Source: an uncultured Gemmatimonadales bacterium | GTDB taxonomy: Bacteria; Gemmatimonadota; Gemmatimonadetes; Gemmatimonadales; Gemmatimonadaceae | Direction: 5' to 3' | Assembly (NCBI GenBank): GCA_963793305.1 | Contig: CAWBZV010000003.1 | Span: 736,001-800,000, forward strand | Length of the DNA: 64,000 bases | In this document: piece after piece, positions 10,329 to 22,000 of the stretch | Position numbering within the stretch: position 1 is the stretch's first letter | Layout of the letters: each line of letters starts with the position of its first letter | Made by a program: the position numbers and the translations under genes | The notes under the pieces: generated by a model | Database searches by the model: none | Seen by the model: the letters and a program-made list of their open reading frames with translations, nothing else | Told to the model about the DNA's origin: nothing

Positions 10329-11674
10329 TGTCGTCGTTGCGCTGGTCGAAACTCCAAGATTTCTGTCTTCGACTCGGTCTCTTGAAGACGCTTGTCGCCG
10401 TGCTGCCGGAGCAGAGGCGACCCATGAATCGCGATGAGGTCATCCTTCGACTTCGGAAGGCGCTGTACGGCCACTCGGCCGTCGCCGCCAATCGGGGAGC
10501 GCGAGAACACAACCCTTCGGCATCGAGTGAAAGTCTCGCCGACCGTTTGCTGCGCTCGTCGGCATCGGCATCGTGGGGTCAGCCCATTCACGCACGGACC
10601 GTCTATAAGATCGTCGAATGGGGGCTCACGGTCGGTCTCGTCGTGCAAGGCAACAGAATCAGTGAGCGTGGCTTGCTTCTGCGGTCACTGTTGAACCGCG
10701 AGCGCGTGGCCGACTTTCTGCGTGGCGATACGGCGATTTGGAATCCCTTTACCATCGAGCCGATCGAGCGAGGCCTGTTGTTGTATCATCTCAGTGAAGT
10801 GGATGAGCTTCTTTTTCAGTTGGCTATCGACCTCGGTCGGAGTGGATCGGGCGCGGTCTTTGCGGCGGCCGATGCCCACGCGTTGACGGCCAATGCGTTG
10901 CGGAAAGTACTCGAGAGGGCGGGCGCATCTCTGCCCTTGGAGGAGCGAGCGACGTTCAGTACCGTTCGGGAACTCTCCGCGATCATCGACTGGGAAGTCG
11001 CGCAGAATCCCAAGTTGACCAAACCTCGCAGTCGCTTCGCGAAGCCGGTGATGCGGCGGTCCTCCGCCAGGGCCGGTGTCTCGTCTCGGGTCACGACGAA
11101 GAACGCGGATCATCAAGCGATTCCTCGGTTCGAGCAGCTCGTGGATCTGGGTATCCTCACGAAACCCGTATCGCCGGAACTCGACGAGAAGGAGACGGAG
11201 CGGGTGCGCAAAGGTTGGACATTCGAGGTTACCGCGAATGCCGCGCGTCTCGCCGAGGCGTTCGGCCATGACGATCGCTTCCGCGACCCGAGCTGGCGGA
11301 CAACAGCCTTTGCGGCGGTAGTCGGCGCGTCGGGTGTCGCGGGGCCAGCGGCGATGCGCCAGGCCGGGGAGGAGGAAGCGATGAATCTATTCTTCGACGC
11401 ATTCGACTCGATACGCCGCCCCGTCGGCCATACACCGTTCGCCTCAGCAGCCATCCTCACGATGGCACGCGGTCTACAAGCCGGTCTCATCGTAGAGATT
11501 CAGCAACTCCTCGACGTGTTCCTCCGTCTCAAGCGCGAGGGAGGGCTTGGTGGCAAGGTATTCTTCGCGGCTGGTAACGACGTCGAGCGCATGTACCTCA
11601 TCGTCAGACCCGAGGCCCGGGCCAGCTATCAGCAGCGAGGCGAGACGGGCGAAAAAGAGCGGGGGCACGTATGA
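10328..11674 (+). CDS. Hypothetical protein, possibly with winged-helix DNA-binding segments
   Basis: 448-aa ORF translationally coupled on both sides (TAATG, ATGA). IVEWGLTVGLV and PRFEQLVDLGIL resemble wHTH helices. Confidence 0.65.
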   Translation: MSSLRWSKLQDFCLRLGLLKTLVAVLPEQRRPMNRDEVILRLRKALYGHSAVAANRGAREHNPSASSESLADRLLRSSASASWGQPIHARTVYKIVEWGLTVGLVVQGNRISERGLLLRSLLNRERVADFLRGDTAIWNPFTIEPIERGLLLYHLSEVDELLFQLAIDLGRSGSGAVFAAADAHALTANALRKVLERAGASLPLEERATFSTVRELSAIIDWEVAQNPKLTKPRSRFAKPVMRRSSARAGVSSRVTTKNADHQAIPRFEQLVDLGILTKPVSPELDEKETERVRKGWTFEVTANAARLAEAFGHDDRFRDPSWRTTAFAAVVGASGVAGPAAMRQAGEEEAMNLFFDAFDSIRRPVGHTPFASAAILTMARGLQAGLIVEIQQLLDVFLRLKREGGLGGKVFFAAGNDVERMYLIVRPEARASYQQRGETGEKERGHV

Positions 11675-12547
11675 AGCACTGGCTGGGGGAGGCACAGTTC
11701 TACGCTACCTATTACTACGCCAACTGTCCGCAACATTATCTGCGACCAGTTCGGTCATCTTCGCACCCTCGATGAGTTCCACGACGATCGGGTGGTCGGC
11801 TTCACCAAGCCATTCGAGCGTCGGTCGGCTTTTCACTCTTTTATTAGGTTCGTCATCGAGAACATCATCGTTGAGGAATCGGGAAACGTAGATTTGGAAA
11901 TTCGCCAACGCCAGTTCGAAGATTTCAAGAACATTCCCGAGGCCCTCGAGGACCTGGAGCCGACACTCTTACCGATCGAAGCCGAGTTGCGTGCAAATAA
12001 TATCGGGCACGACACTTTCGTGAACTGGCTCGCGGACCAGGGGAAGACGTTCGCCGCCGCGACAGATGATGACGTTTATGAGTACTTCCAGGATCTGCGA
12101 ATATCGGAAGAGTTCGACACGTTGTTGGAGCGATCCGTGGACGAGGTGTTTACGTTGATGTTCCACGACCGCCAGTGCCTGTTGATTTTCAATGAGATCA
12201 TCGCCCGTTGGATCGGAGATCTCGAAGTCGATGACCTGCAGGGCGATGAGCGTGCGCGGTTCGACCAACCCGGCGTGCTGAAGCGGGTAGCCGTCCCGCG
12301 ATGGGCGCGCAACGCGGTCGAGCATCGTGATCGCGGTCTCTGCACCCTCTGTCATCGTGATCTGACGGGGCAAATCAACATCGGAAACACCGCCCACTTG
12401 GATCACATCGTACCGCTCGCGCAGGGGGGTCTGAACGACATCACGAATCTCCAACTCTTGTGCGATGAATGCAATTTGAAGAAGCGAGGAGGTGAGGCGA
12501 TAACGTCATCTCACTACGAGAAGTGGTATCCACCCGATGACGATTGA
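11671..12547 (+). CDS. HNH endonuclease (one frameshift near 11727)
   Basis: C-terminal RDRGLCTLC...HLDHIVPLAQGGLNDITNLQLLCDECNLKK. ATG at 11671 (MKHWLGEAQFYATYYYAN) joins the 11792 frame (RNIICDQFGHL...) after an apparent 2-nt loss. Confidence 0.85.
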
Positions 12548-12683
12548 TGGTTAACGGTTCACGACCCGTCCCTCCTCGATCTTGTGATCGATGCCGTTCG
12601 ACATCAGCTTCGCGCTGGTGCATTCCTGGCGCGGCAGCGGTGTCCTCGCATCATTCAGTGGCGAGGAATTGCCTCGACTCGAG

Positions 12684-13385
12684 TCACGCACACCTCGTCC
12701 TCACGCCCGCGGGCGTGAGCAGGTGCACCGCAATGACGACGGCGTCCGGCGATTGCTGCGTCCCTGCCGAAGTCAGCGTCAGATGCGACGGATCGACGCA
12801 CGTGAGCCCGGGCAGTCGTGGCGGTGGAAGGCTCGGGTCCGCGGTCGCCGCAGCGAGATGTTGCACCAGGTCGATCTTCACTTTCTGATCGACGTACTGC
12901 GCGATCTGATCGTGCGTGACGGCCAAGAACCCGTTGAACACCGCGTCACCGCCGCCGGAGGCGACCTCGGTCTGCGTCATGCGAATGGCGTTTTCTCGCA
13001 CCGTCGGGATGGACGATAGATCCAACGTCCCTTGCACGCTCGGCGCAAAGAACTGGCTCATCGGATACGTCCCCTGGATGTGCACGGACAAGACGAGCCG
13101 CGAGCCGTCGGTCTTGATCGCCGGCCGACTAAGCGCGATGTCGTGCCCCCAACTGTCGCATTTCGATGCTTCGACGCGGCACGGGTAGAACCGTCCACCA
13201 GTGTCGGTAAAGACGACCTGATTGAGCATGGCCATCATTTCGTCGGCGCGGACCATGACGGTATAGGTCGTATCCCGCGCGCCCTCGGCACTCGCCCGCC
13301 GCGTCCCTTGGCCTCGCGCCGCTAAGGCGCCGATGACAAGGAGGGCAGGGGCGATACGGATCAGTCTGGTTCGAAATTCGGGCAT
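12684..13385 (-). CDS. Hypothetical exported protein
   Basis: Signal-like N-terminus RLIRIAPALLVIGALAA; beta-rich body with several Cys. Confidence 0.6.
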   Translation of the reverse strand: MPEFRTRLIRIAPALLVIGALAARGQGTRRASAEGARDTTYTVMVRADEMMAMLNQVVFTDTGGRFYPCRVEASKCDSWGHDIALSRPAIKTDGSRLVLSVHIQGTYPMSQFFAPSVQGTLDLSSIPTVRENAIRMTQTEVASGGGDAVFNGFLAVTHDQIAQYVDQKVKIDLVQHLAAATADPSLPPPRLPGLTCVDPSHLTLTSAGTQQSPDAVVIAVHLLTPAGVRTRCA

Positions 13386-13583
13386 GTCGGTACTACACAC
13401 CTCGCGGCGTTAGGCTCCCGGTCACGCTTCGAATCTATCCGACCGCCGCGCTATCGTCTCCTCCGAATAGGGTCAACTAACGGCAATCGGGACGCGATGA
13501 AATGCCAGGGTCGCATCAGTCGCAGCCGGCGCTTTCTTCCCCGTCAACAGATCGGCGCGATGAGCACCAGACGCCGCGGTGTC

Positions 13584-15002
13584 TTACTCGATCGCCGCCA
13601 GCGACCTCGCGAGCATCGACGGGTCGTGAGACCAGTACACGCGCAACAGTGGTACGATTTGCGTCTCGATGATCGATGCGTACCACGCGTCATCGAGCGT
13701 CTCATCATCGGCGCCGGGAGTGAAGTATCCGTGCCCGATGGCGAACCCCCGGCCAAGCTCGGACGATGCGGCGATGATCGCATTGAGATTCGTCATGCCC
13801 CTCACGATGCGCTCGACGAGCGCCGGAGCGGCGCCGCGACTTTCGAGATACGCCGCGAATCGCTCGTTCCCGAACGCCGGTGCCAACTCGAAGAACGCGA
13901 ACCGCCGGCGCAGCGCATAATCCACGGTCGCGCGCGCGCGGTCCGCGGTGTTCATGAGGCCGATCACGAACACGTTCGGAGGGACGAAGAAGGTCCGACC
14001 CGCGCTTTCAAAGTCGGGATGCGCCAACTGCACGGCGTAGCTCGCGTCACGCTTGTCCGCGTCGATCAGCATCACGAGCTCGCCGAATATCTCGATCGGG
14101 TTGCCCCGGTTGATCTCATCGATGATGAAGGCGTAGCGGTGGCCCTGATCGTACCTCGCCTCCAGGCAGAACCTCACGAACACGCCGTCGATGTGGCCTT
14201 TGAGGCCCAGTCGCGAGCCCCGCACAAACTCTTCGTACGAATATGAGGGGTGGAACTGAACCATCTCGACCCGATGTGCAACGCTCCCGCCCACGATGGC
14301 CTGAGCGAGTCGCCGAGCTGAGAGGGTCTTCCCGACACCGGGTGGCCCTTCCAGCACGATGTTCTTCTTCCGCAGCAACGTGTCGTGCGTCCGCATGAAG
14401 TGTTCGGGTGTCCAGAAAAGATCTGCCATGGCTTGCTCGACAGTATACGTCGACGGCGAGCCTTGCACGCCGGGAAGCAACTTGTCCGCCGCCTGTAGGT
14501 CCGAGTCCTGATCGCCTTGGGATTGGTCGACCTCCCGATCCAACTGGATGGTGCGAGAGAAGTACGCGTAGTGCGGTTCGAACCGCTCGCTGAGCTGGCC
14601 CGACTCGACCAGCGCTCTCAGTGTCCACTCAGGGCTCGAGCCTTCCGCGTTGCGTGCGTAGATGAGAACCGCATGCGTCGGTGGCTCTCCCTCGCCCAGT
14701 ACGTTGGCGACCTTCCCCCTTGCACGGCGAACCTCGGCCTCCGCCCGATCGAGCGTCGGCGTGTTGAGTATCAGGACCCTGATCGGCGTCCGGTGTCGCC
14801 ACTCCTCCAGGCGGTTGTCGAGCGTCCTCCCGACGTCGGTCACCGAGACGGTCGATACGTGGGCAGGGTCAACGTCAATGACCTTAGCGAGCGCCTTCTC
14901 GAACGCGGAGAATTTTCCTTTCGTGTATTTCTGACCCGGCGCGACTGCTTCGTTTATGAGTCGCGAGAGGCGATCGGGGACCGGCTGCTTCGGTGTCGTC
15001 AT
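13584..15002 (-). CDS. McrB-like AAA+ GTPase
   Basis: KKNIVLEGPPGVGKT, VQFHPSYSYEEFVRG, FIIDEINRGN, McrB signature MNTADR, DYALRRRF, IGHGYF. Confidence 0.9.
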   Translation of the reverse strand: MTTPKQPVPDRLSRLINEAVAPGQKYTKGKFSAFEKALAKVIDVDPAHVSTVSVTDVGRTLDNRLEEWRHRTPIRVLILNTPTLDRAEAEVRRARGKVANVLGEGEPPTHAVLIYARNAEGSSPEWTLRALVESGQLSERFEPHYAYFSRTIQLDREVDQSQGDQDSDLQAADKLLPGVQGSPSTYTVEQAMADLFWTPEHFMRTHDTLLRKKNIVLEGPPGVGKTLSARRLAQAIVGGSVAHRVEMVQFHPSYSYEEFVRGSRLGLKGHIDGVFVRFCLEARYDQGHRYAFIIDEINRGNPIEIFGELVMLIDADKRDASYAVQLAHPDFESAGRTFFVPPNVFVIGLMNTADRARATVDYALRRRFAFFELAPAFGNERFAAYLESRGAAPALVERIVRGMTNLNAIIAASSELGRGFAIGHGYFTPGADDETLDDAWYASIIETQIVPLLRVYWSHDPSMLARSLAAIE

Positions 15003-15225
15003 GCCCGCATGTTATCGAGCACCCGAGCGCAGACCCTCATCGTTTTGTAGCGTCCCGCATCGCCCAATACGTAGGTGGGCCGTCTCGTGCGACTCTATAC
15101 ATGCTGCGAAATCAGACCCATTCGCAACGTGAATGAAGACGCACGTAGGGAATAAACGGCTGGCTCAGTCTTATCTAAGCCTGCCGCGGCGGTCTCACCA
15201 ACAGCACACTCGTGGGAGGTGTGCG

Positions 15226-15432
15226 ATGATAGATGGACCGGATGGACGGGTTCCCCGGCGCAAGAGAAGCCCAGACTCGATCTGGGAGCGCTACCTAACG
15301 GGCAAGCTCTCGCTCGAGGACAAAGAAACCCTCCCGGCGCTGATCAAAGAGCTCCATCGGGAGATCGCGCAACACCTTGGCCACAAGGTGGATGCGGACG
15401 ATCCGGCAGACGTTCGAGCCGATGGACATTGA
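15226..15432 (+). CDS. Small hypothetical protein
   Basis: GGGAGG RBS then MIDGPDG...WERYLTGKLSLEDKETLPALIKELHREIA; helical composition. Confidence 0.4.
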   Translation: MIDGPDGRVPRRKRSPDSIWERYLTGKLSLEDKETLPALIKELHREIAQHLGHKVDADDPADVRADGH

Positions 15433-15544
15433 CGTGCCGCCGGCGCCGCCGCCGCTCAAGAAGCCGACTCCTATAGTAGACCTCAACGTGCGCCGGAATC
15501 ACATCGCGAGACGTCGCCGGATCGACCCGCGGCAGAACTAGCGA

Positions 15545-16261
15545 TCAGTCGTCTCGACGCAGCTCGCCCAGTTCCTGTCTCAATGACTTGAGCGCCAGCC
15601 GGAGGTGCGTGTGGACCGTCCCGACTTCCACTTCCAGCAATTCAGCGATCGCTCGCTCCGGGAGCTCGCATTTGTAACGGAGTATCAGCGCCCGTCGACG
15701 ACGCTCGGGCAGAGCGGCGACGGCGAGCTCGACGGTTGCGAGCAGCTCCGTCTCGCGTTCCGACGCTCCCGCTATCGGATCTGGCTCGACCCCGGGACTC
15801 GCCGCCGGCGCTCCAGTCTGTTCCGCCGTCGTATGCGCGCGAGTGCGCGTCGCTCGCTGGCGGAGGATGTCATACGCGCGATGGCGAACAGCGGAGTAGA
15901 GGTAGAGCGAGGAGCTCGAGGTGATGTCGAGGGTCTCTCGATGACACCACAAAGTTGTGAACACGCTTTGCACAACGTCCTCGGCGTCTTCCCGACTATC
16001 GACCACAACCGAGGCGTAGTTGACGAGCGCGACGTAGAAGGCGGTGAAGATCGCCTTGAACCCGACGTTATCGCTTCGCCGGAGAACACCAGCGATATCC
16101 TCGACATCCACCGGCGGCGCTGGTGGACGACGCGGACTCCGCGGGAATAAGCGATACGGATCCGATCGCACGGGATACTCCCCGCTATCGGGAGACAAAA
16201 CGTCTATTGTGCAGCCAGCGGCGAAACTCGCTGGCGAAGGACGCGACAGTCTGGAAGCCAT
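15545..16261 (-). CDS. ECF sigma-70 factor
   Basis: DAEDVVQSVFTTLW, YLYSAVRHRAYD, ALPERRRRALIL, IAELLEVEVGTVHTHLRLALKSL. True start is probably downstream of 16261. Confidence 0.9.
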   Translation of the reverse strand: MASRLSRPSPASFAAGCTIDVLSPDSGEYPVRSDPYRLFPRSPRRPPAPPVDVEDIAGVLRRSDNVGFKAIFTAFYVALVNYASVVVDSREDAEDVVQSVFTTLWCHRETLDITSSSSLYLYSAVRHRAYDILRQRATRTRAHTTAEQTGAPAASPGVEPDPIAGASERETELLATVELAVAALPERRRRALILRYKCELPERAIAELLEVEVGTVHTHLRLALKSLRQELGELRRDD

Positions 16262-16495
16262 CGTGACGGCTCACCAGTGTATGCGTGACCGTTACGCGAT
16301 ACAAACGGTTCACGAAGAACAGAGAAAATGCACAGATGTGTTTCAGGGCGCAAGTAGCAGATCGGCCGTGTGCGTAAGCAGTGCAACACGCCGCTCGCTG
16401 TGTCACGGCGTTCACCCGACGTCCCGCCTTCTACGTCTTATTGGGCATCCGAGAAGACCCACGAGCACTCACGTCGTCCAGCCAATGGTACCGCC

Positions 16496-17273
16496 ATGAT
16501 CACCGGTATCTCCGATCTCGTCGGCTCGAGAATCCTCTGTATCGATCCAGACAAAGAGACCCGCAAGTTCGTCTGCGAGCAGCTCGGCAAGCTCGGGCTG
16601 TCAGTGCGACTCGCCGAGGATGGCCTTGAAGGCTTGCGGGCAGCGCTGTCGCTGCCGCGGCCGGACCTCATCATCATGGAGTTCGGGCTCCCGAGCTTAT
16701 CCGGGATCGAGGTCATCCAACGCCTGCGCACGCGCGGGAATTGGGTGCGGATCATCCTCATGACCGACAAACCCGAGAATGACGATGCGCATCTCCTCGC
16801 GATCGACAATGCCGTCATCGACATCATGGGGAAGCCGTTCACGGACGACTCTCTCCGCGTGCGCACCATCGCGGCGCTGAGGCGTGCGGCAGTCAAGAAA
16901 TCCGTGTTCCGGTACGCCGACCTGTCGCTCGATCTCGCGACCCGGTACTGCGTGCGGGGGACGCGGCCCATGCAGCTCACGCCGTCGGAGACTGAGCTCC
17001 TCCACTACTTCATCGAGAGGCCGGAGGTGCCGCTGTCGTCGGAGCGGCTCCGCGAGGAGGTGTGGGGAGAGGAGCGCCAGTCATCGAGCGAGCATGCGCT
17101 GCTTCCGCGCATCTCCGAGACTCCGGCAGAAGCTCCACGGGCCGGGGGAGTCGGTCATCCTGCATACGGTGCCGAGTATGGGGTACATGCTGGCGATACC
17201 GTGTGCTGATGATCCGACGCTCGCAGGGCTGGGCGATTTGCCTTGGCCGGGGTCGTTTGATCAGTTCACTTGA
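16496..17273 (+). CDS. OmpR-family response regulator with atypical receiver (frameshift near 17090-17115)
   Basis: RILCIDPD, PDLIIMEFGLPSLSGIEV, MGKPF, LTPSETELL. The C-terminus RLRQKLHGPGESVILHTVPSMGY is in the adjacent frame ending at 17273. Confidence 0.8.
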
Positions 17274-17797
17274 TCCCAGGCGAACAGATCGCCCTGTTGA
17301 CCGAGTGGTGCCCACGCCATCGCTTCGGCGTTGGCGGCGCGGCCGGATTCAATACCGACGATGTTGTGGTGCTCGACGATAAAAACCTTCCCTTGCCGCA
17401 CGAGGGTTCGAGCAGGTGGTCGTGGGGTCGCGGATTACCCAGCGAATCAGCGTCGATACGACCGATGCGGCGCGTACGCGCCTTGCTCTTTTTGCGTGGG
17501 CTGGGTCACGCCACAAATGTACTCGATCGCTCATCAGGCGACACGTCGGCTGTGACGGACGGCAAACGGGCCGTCGGGGGGATTACGAGCGTCACATCGG
17601 CAAGAGCAAGCCAGCATTTCGTATGCATTGCAACAGGTGCTTGCAAGGTCGAGAGTACTCACAAGGGTGCCAGTACGCGCGAGATAGTGCCCGATTCAGC
17701 GATCTGCGGTCAATACTCGATCACGCCATACTCAGGAGATTGGCGCTCTTCGACTAGGGGATGTAGCGCTTCACACTCACCCTACTCGGAGGTATCG

Positions 17798-17932
17798 ATG
17801 TTCTCTCGCGCGAAGGCCCTCGCCGTGATCGCTCTCGCCGGGGCCATTCTCGAATCCTGTACGTCCGCGAACGCGCCGGCAACTCACGGTGACTGCGGCG
17901 GTGGCGTAACCACGGGCACTGGTCCCTGCTGA
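17798..17932 (+). CDS. 44-aa putative small lipoprotein or secreted peptide
   Basis: GGAGG RBS at 17788; MFSRAKALAVIALAGAILES-CTSANAPATHGDCGGGVTTGTGPC. Confidence 0.55.
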   Translation: MFSRAKALAVIALAGAILESCTSANAPATHGDCGGGVTTGTGPC

Positions 17933-17939
17933 GCGACTG

Positions 17940-18572
17940 CAAGCCAGCGGCGGTAGAGGCTCCAGCCACAACGGTCGCGAGTACCCAGCACGATGAACGC
18001 CTGGCGCACGCCCCGCAGCATCGTCGCGCGAGCGAAGTCGACCTGCGCCCGGTGACCCGGCGGCGTCTCGATCCGCACGATGGGATCCGCGACCGCGGCC
18101 GCCGGAGGAGCGCGACGAGGGGCGCAGCTGACTCACGCTGCCGGTATAGCCCGCCGCACGGATCTCAGCCAGGATGCGCCGTGGTGAGCTCCGGGTACTC
18201 CCCAAGCCGCATCGTAATCAGTGGCACGAACAGGTCGAGCTTCGCTGGCTGCCGCGGCCGCCGCGTGTAGCGTACATCACGCATAGAGATCCCGGTCCAA
18301 CTCCCCGGCCGCATCCATCGCAGTAGAGTGCGGCGCATCAGCCGGGCCGTGTGGCGATCGCTCGCTTCGACAACCTTGGTCCAACAGTCTCTGAGTCGCA
18401 CGTGTCGCCCCCAAGCGTACACCGGCGTCTCTCAGCATGCGGGGGACTCAACATGGGTAGGGCGCCGGCCGGCCACGAGAGGGAACATCTGCCGGAGATG
18501 CCTCGTCATGACCAAATGTTACGAGGCGACATCAGCGGCCCGTGAGAGTGCGACATACAACCGATGCCAACA
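17940..18572 (-). mobile_element. Degenerate IS21-family remnant (istA 5' part)
   Basis: Broken frames MYAWGRHVRL.., KLDLFVPLITMRLGEYPELT, EIRAAGYTGSVSQL, RIETPPGHRAQVDFA are homologous to istA at 32328. A TGTTGGC end lies at 18572. Confidence 0.75.
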
Positions 18573-19097
18573 CCTAGTTCCGACATTGATCGCAATCAGC
18601 AATTGTTCCCGCCCAGCTGTCCTGAATGTGATAGTGAGCAAAGCCGCAGCGCTCCGATCCTCAACGGATGTACCAGGATTTGTACTGCGGAGAGCGTCAA
18701 TCGCCACTGCGACTTTCTACTTCTAATGCATGCCCGGGAAGGAAGACCCTGCCTTCCTGCCTTGGTCGTTTCGGGAATGTGATCCTTGGGTAGCTCGGTC
18801 CATTGGGGTTACGTCGCCGCGAAAAACGATGGCTAAGATGTGACGACAATGCAATGTAGGGACGGTGGACCTATCGCTGACCCTGATTTGGTGGCGCATA
18901 GCTGACGCGGTTTGCCTGGCGCTTACAGACGCTTCGTGCGGAATAGCATGGAGCGTCCGCGGGCGGTTTGAATCGCCGGCTGGTTAGCCCGCCTTTCGAA
19001 TGGCAGATCTGAGTGAGATGCATCTTCTTCCCTCAGTGCTGAAGCACAGTTAGCCAGACAGCTCCACACGCGCGCTCCGCCTGTTGTGTAGCATGCT

Positions 19098-22000
19098 ATG
19101 AGAGCCCACCCTGTGATTGCAGTGTTAACCCTGCAGCTTTCCGACCATTCGCCAAGGCTCGTCATGTTACGTATGTGTCCCACGGCAACCCAGGTCATGT
19201 CTGGACTGCTCGTCATCCTGACTCAAATTACGGCTGCAGCTCAGGAGACAGTACAGATCACCCAGTTGGTCGATCGCGGGCCGATGTTCTACTCGTCGTC
19301 GCACGGGGAGCGCACGGCGGCGGTCGACGCGCGGACTATTGCGACATTGCAGCAGAGCATCTCCTTGGACCTCGATTCAGCGCCATTGCCACTGGCCATC
19401 GCTGCTATTTCACGCGCGGCACATGTGGAGATCAGTTTTCGCAACGAGGATGTACCGGTAAGTCACCGGGTCACACTTTCTGCTAAGAAGATCACGGTAG
19501 CCGCCGCTTTAACGGTTGCACTTTATGATCTGAATCTCGATGTCCGGATATCACAGAGTGGGAGCCTAAGCCTTTCTTCGCATAGCGCACCATCGGCCTC
19601 ACCGCGCAACGGCGAGCAACCCGCCGGAGAGATCGTTGGGGTAGTGACCGACGCCGATACGCATATTCCACTTATTGGTGCCGTCATCCACGTGGAAGGA
19701 ATCAATCGAACCGCGATCACCGGTACCGATGGAAAGTACAGCTTGTCGGGTGTTGCCTCCGGTGTCGCCACAATTGTAGCTCGCCGTCTCGGATATCTAC
19801 CTCTTAAGCACACGGTGACCATCAACGGCGAATCGAGCACGAACGTCGACTTCGCCTTGCACATCTCGCCTGTATCTCTCGACGAAGTTGTCACAACGGT
19901 CACCGGCGACGAAGAGAAGCGAAGTCTTGGGAATAGCATCGGTACTCTCAGGGTGGACTCACTTGTTGACGTCGCACCTGTTACTGATCTGGGCAGCATA
20001 GTTAATGCGCGTGTGCCAGGAGTGCAGGTGTTCTTCAATGGCGGGCTCACCGGGGCGTCGCCCCAGATAAATATTCGCGGTCAGAACAGTATGCAATTGT
20101 CAAATCAACCGTTGCTTTACGTAGATGGCGTACGAGTTAGCAACACTTCTGCTGGTCGCGCGGCCGATAGCACATCCGTGGGGGCGACATCGGGACGCCT
20201 AAACGACATTCTGCCCGAAGACATCCAGTCAATCGAAGTTGTCCGCGGCCCATCTGCCGCCACTCTGTATGGAACCGACGCGGCGAACGGTGTGATCTTG
20301 ATCACCACAAAGCACGGTGCGCCGGGTAGTCGCAAATGGACGCTATTCGGCGAGCAGGGAATGATGTCGGTGGATCGCGACCGGTTCCCCTACTCGTATG
20401 ATGCCTGGGGTACTACCACAGACGGCACAAATACCCCCACGGCCTGTGGGTTGCAGGCGCTTGCTACGAAGGCATGCACCGTAGACAGCATCACTCGATT
20501 CAGCCCTTTGAGGGATGCGGCTACGACTCCAATTGGCACAGGGCAGCACGCCAGTTACGGATTGCAGGTCGCGGGTGGAAATGGGGCGCTTCGTTACTTC
20601 GCCTCAGGTGGGTTGACCTCAGAACTTGGAGCGCTGAAACTGCCCGGACCCGACTTGAGCCTGTTGGCGGCCGAGCGAGGTGCGGTAGGCGTTGGTGATG
20701 CCGAGCGCAGGCCTAACGCACTCCAAAAATATAACGTTCGCGACAACCTTACAGCCGATCTTGGTGCTCGGGCTGACCTGACGTTGTCGACTTCACTGCT
20801 CTCCCAAGACTCTCGGATTCCTTCGTCGCCAGTCGCAGAGGGCACCCTTGGCCCGGGATACCGTGACGCATCCGATGGATGGGCGTTTGGCAATCGACCA
20901 GCTTACATATTCGCACAGCATAACGATGAGAGCATTACGCACATCACAGGCAGCGCGACCACTAACTGGCATACAACGGATTGGCTGACTAATCACGCAA
21001 TTGCAGGGATTGATTTTGACAACGAGTACTACAGCGGCCTGCTGCGAGCAGGGGATAGCCCGCTTGACCCCACTGGTTTTAGAACTAATACAAAAACTGC
21101 CACCACGCTCTATTCGGTCGATCTAGGATCGTCAGCATCTTATAACGTACCGCTATTGACCAGCGCTCAAACGTCAGTTGGGGTTCAGTACAATCGACAA
21201 CTGATCTTAATCAACACACTGTCCGCGAACAGCCTGATTCCTGGATGCACCACGTTTAGCTGTGGGTCACAGCCCGGGGGGCAAGAGGGTACTCAAGAAT
21301 CAGTCGTAGCCGGTGCGTATGCTGAGCAGCAACTCCGTTTGCGACCGACCCTATATTTGACCGGCGCTCTTCGAGCTGATGGCGGCAGCACCTTTGGTCG
21401 CGATTTCAAGGTCGCGCTTTATCCAAAGGCAAGTGCCTCGTGGGTAGTATCCGACGAGGCGATCTGGCCTCGCTCGCCGGTAATCAGCCAGCTTCGTTTC
21501 CGTGGGGCATTTGGAGAATCTGGTGTCGAGCCAAGTACAATTGCTGCATTGGCAACCGAAAGAATCTTTCCGGCAATAGTGGATGGACAGCCAGCCAGCG
21601 CCGCATTGGACCAGTCACCTGGCAACGGAAATCTTCAACCGGAACGGGATCGAGAATGGGAAGGGGGACTCGATGCGGATCTCTTTGGGGCGCGCGTGAC
21701 CCTATCCGCTACTTACTACGACAAAACAAGCTTTGATGACATCGTCAGTGTGACTTTGCCCGCATCTGAGGGCGGAAGTAGCGAAACCGTCAACGCAGGA
21801 TCCGTACGCAATTGGGGATATGAAGGACAGATCAGTATTCGCGCGTTGGCAAGCAAATGGCTTACGTGGGATCTAACGAGCAACGGATCAATCAACCACA
21901 ATCAGCTCGTGAAGCTCGCGCCACAGTTCGCGCCGATTATTAGCCCCGGCGGAGGTTCGAGTATAGTGGCCGGTTACCCACTCTTCTCCGCATTTGATTA

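Noticed and set aside
18573..19097. Possible ncRNA or riboswitch upstream of the susC-like gene
   Set aside because: No recognisable conserved motif by eye; an Rfam search would be needed.
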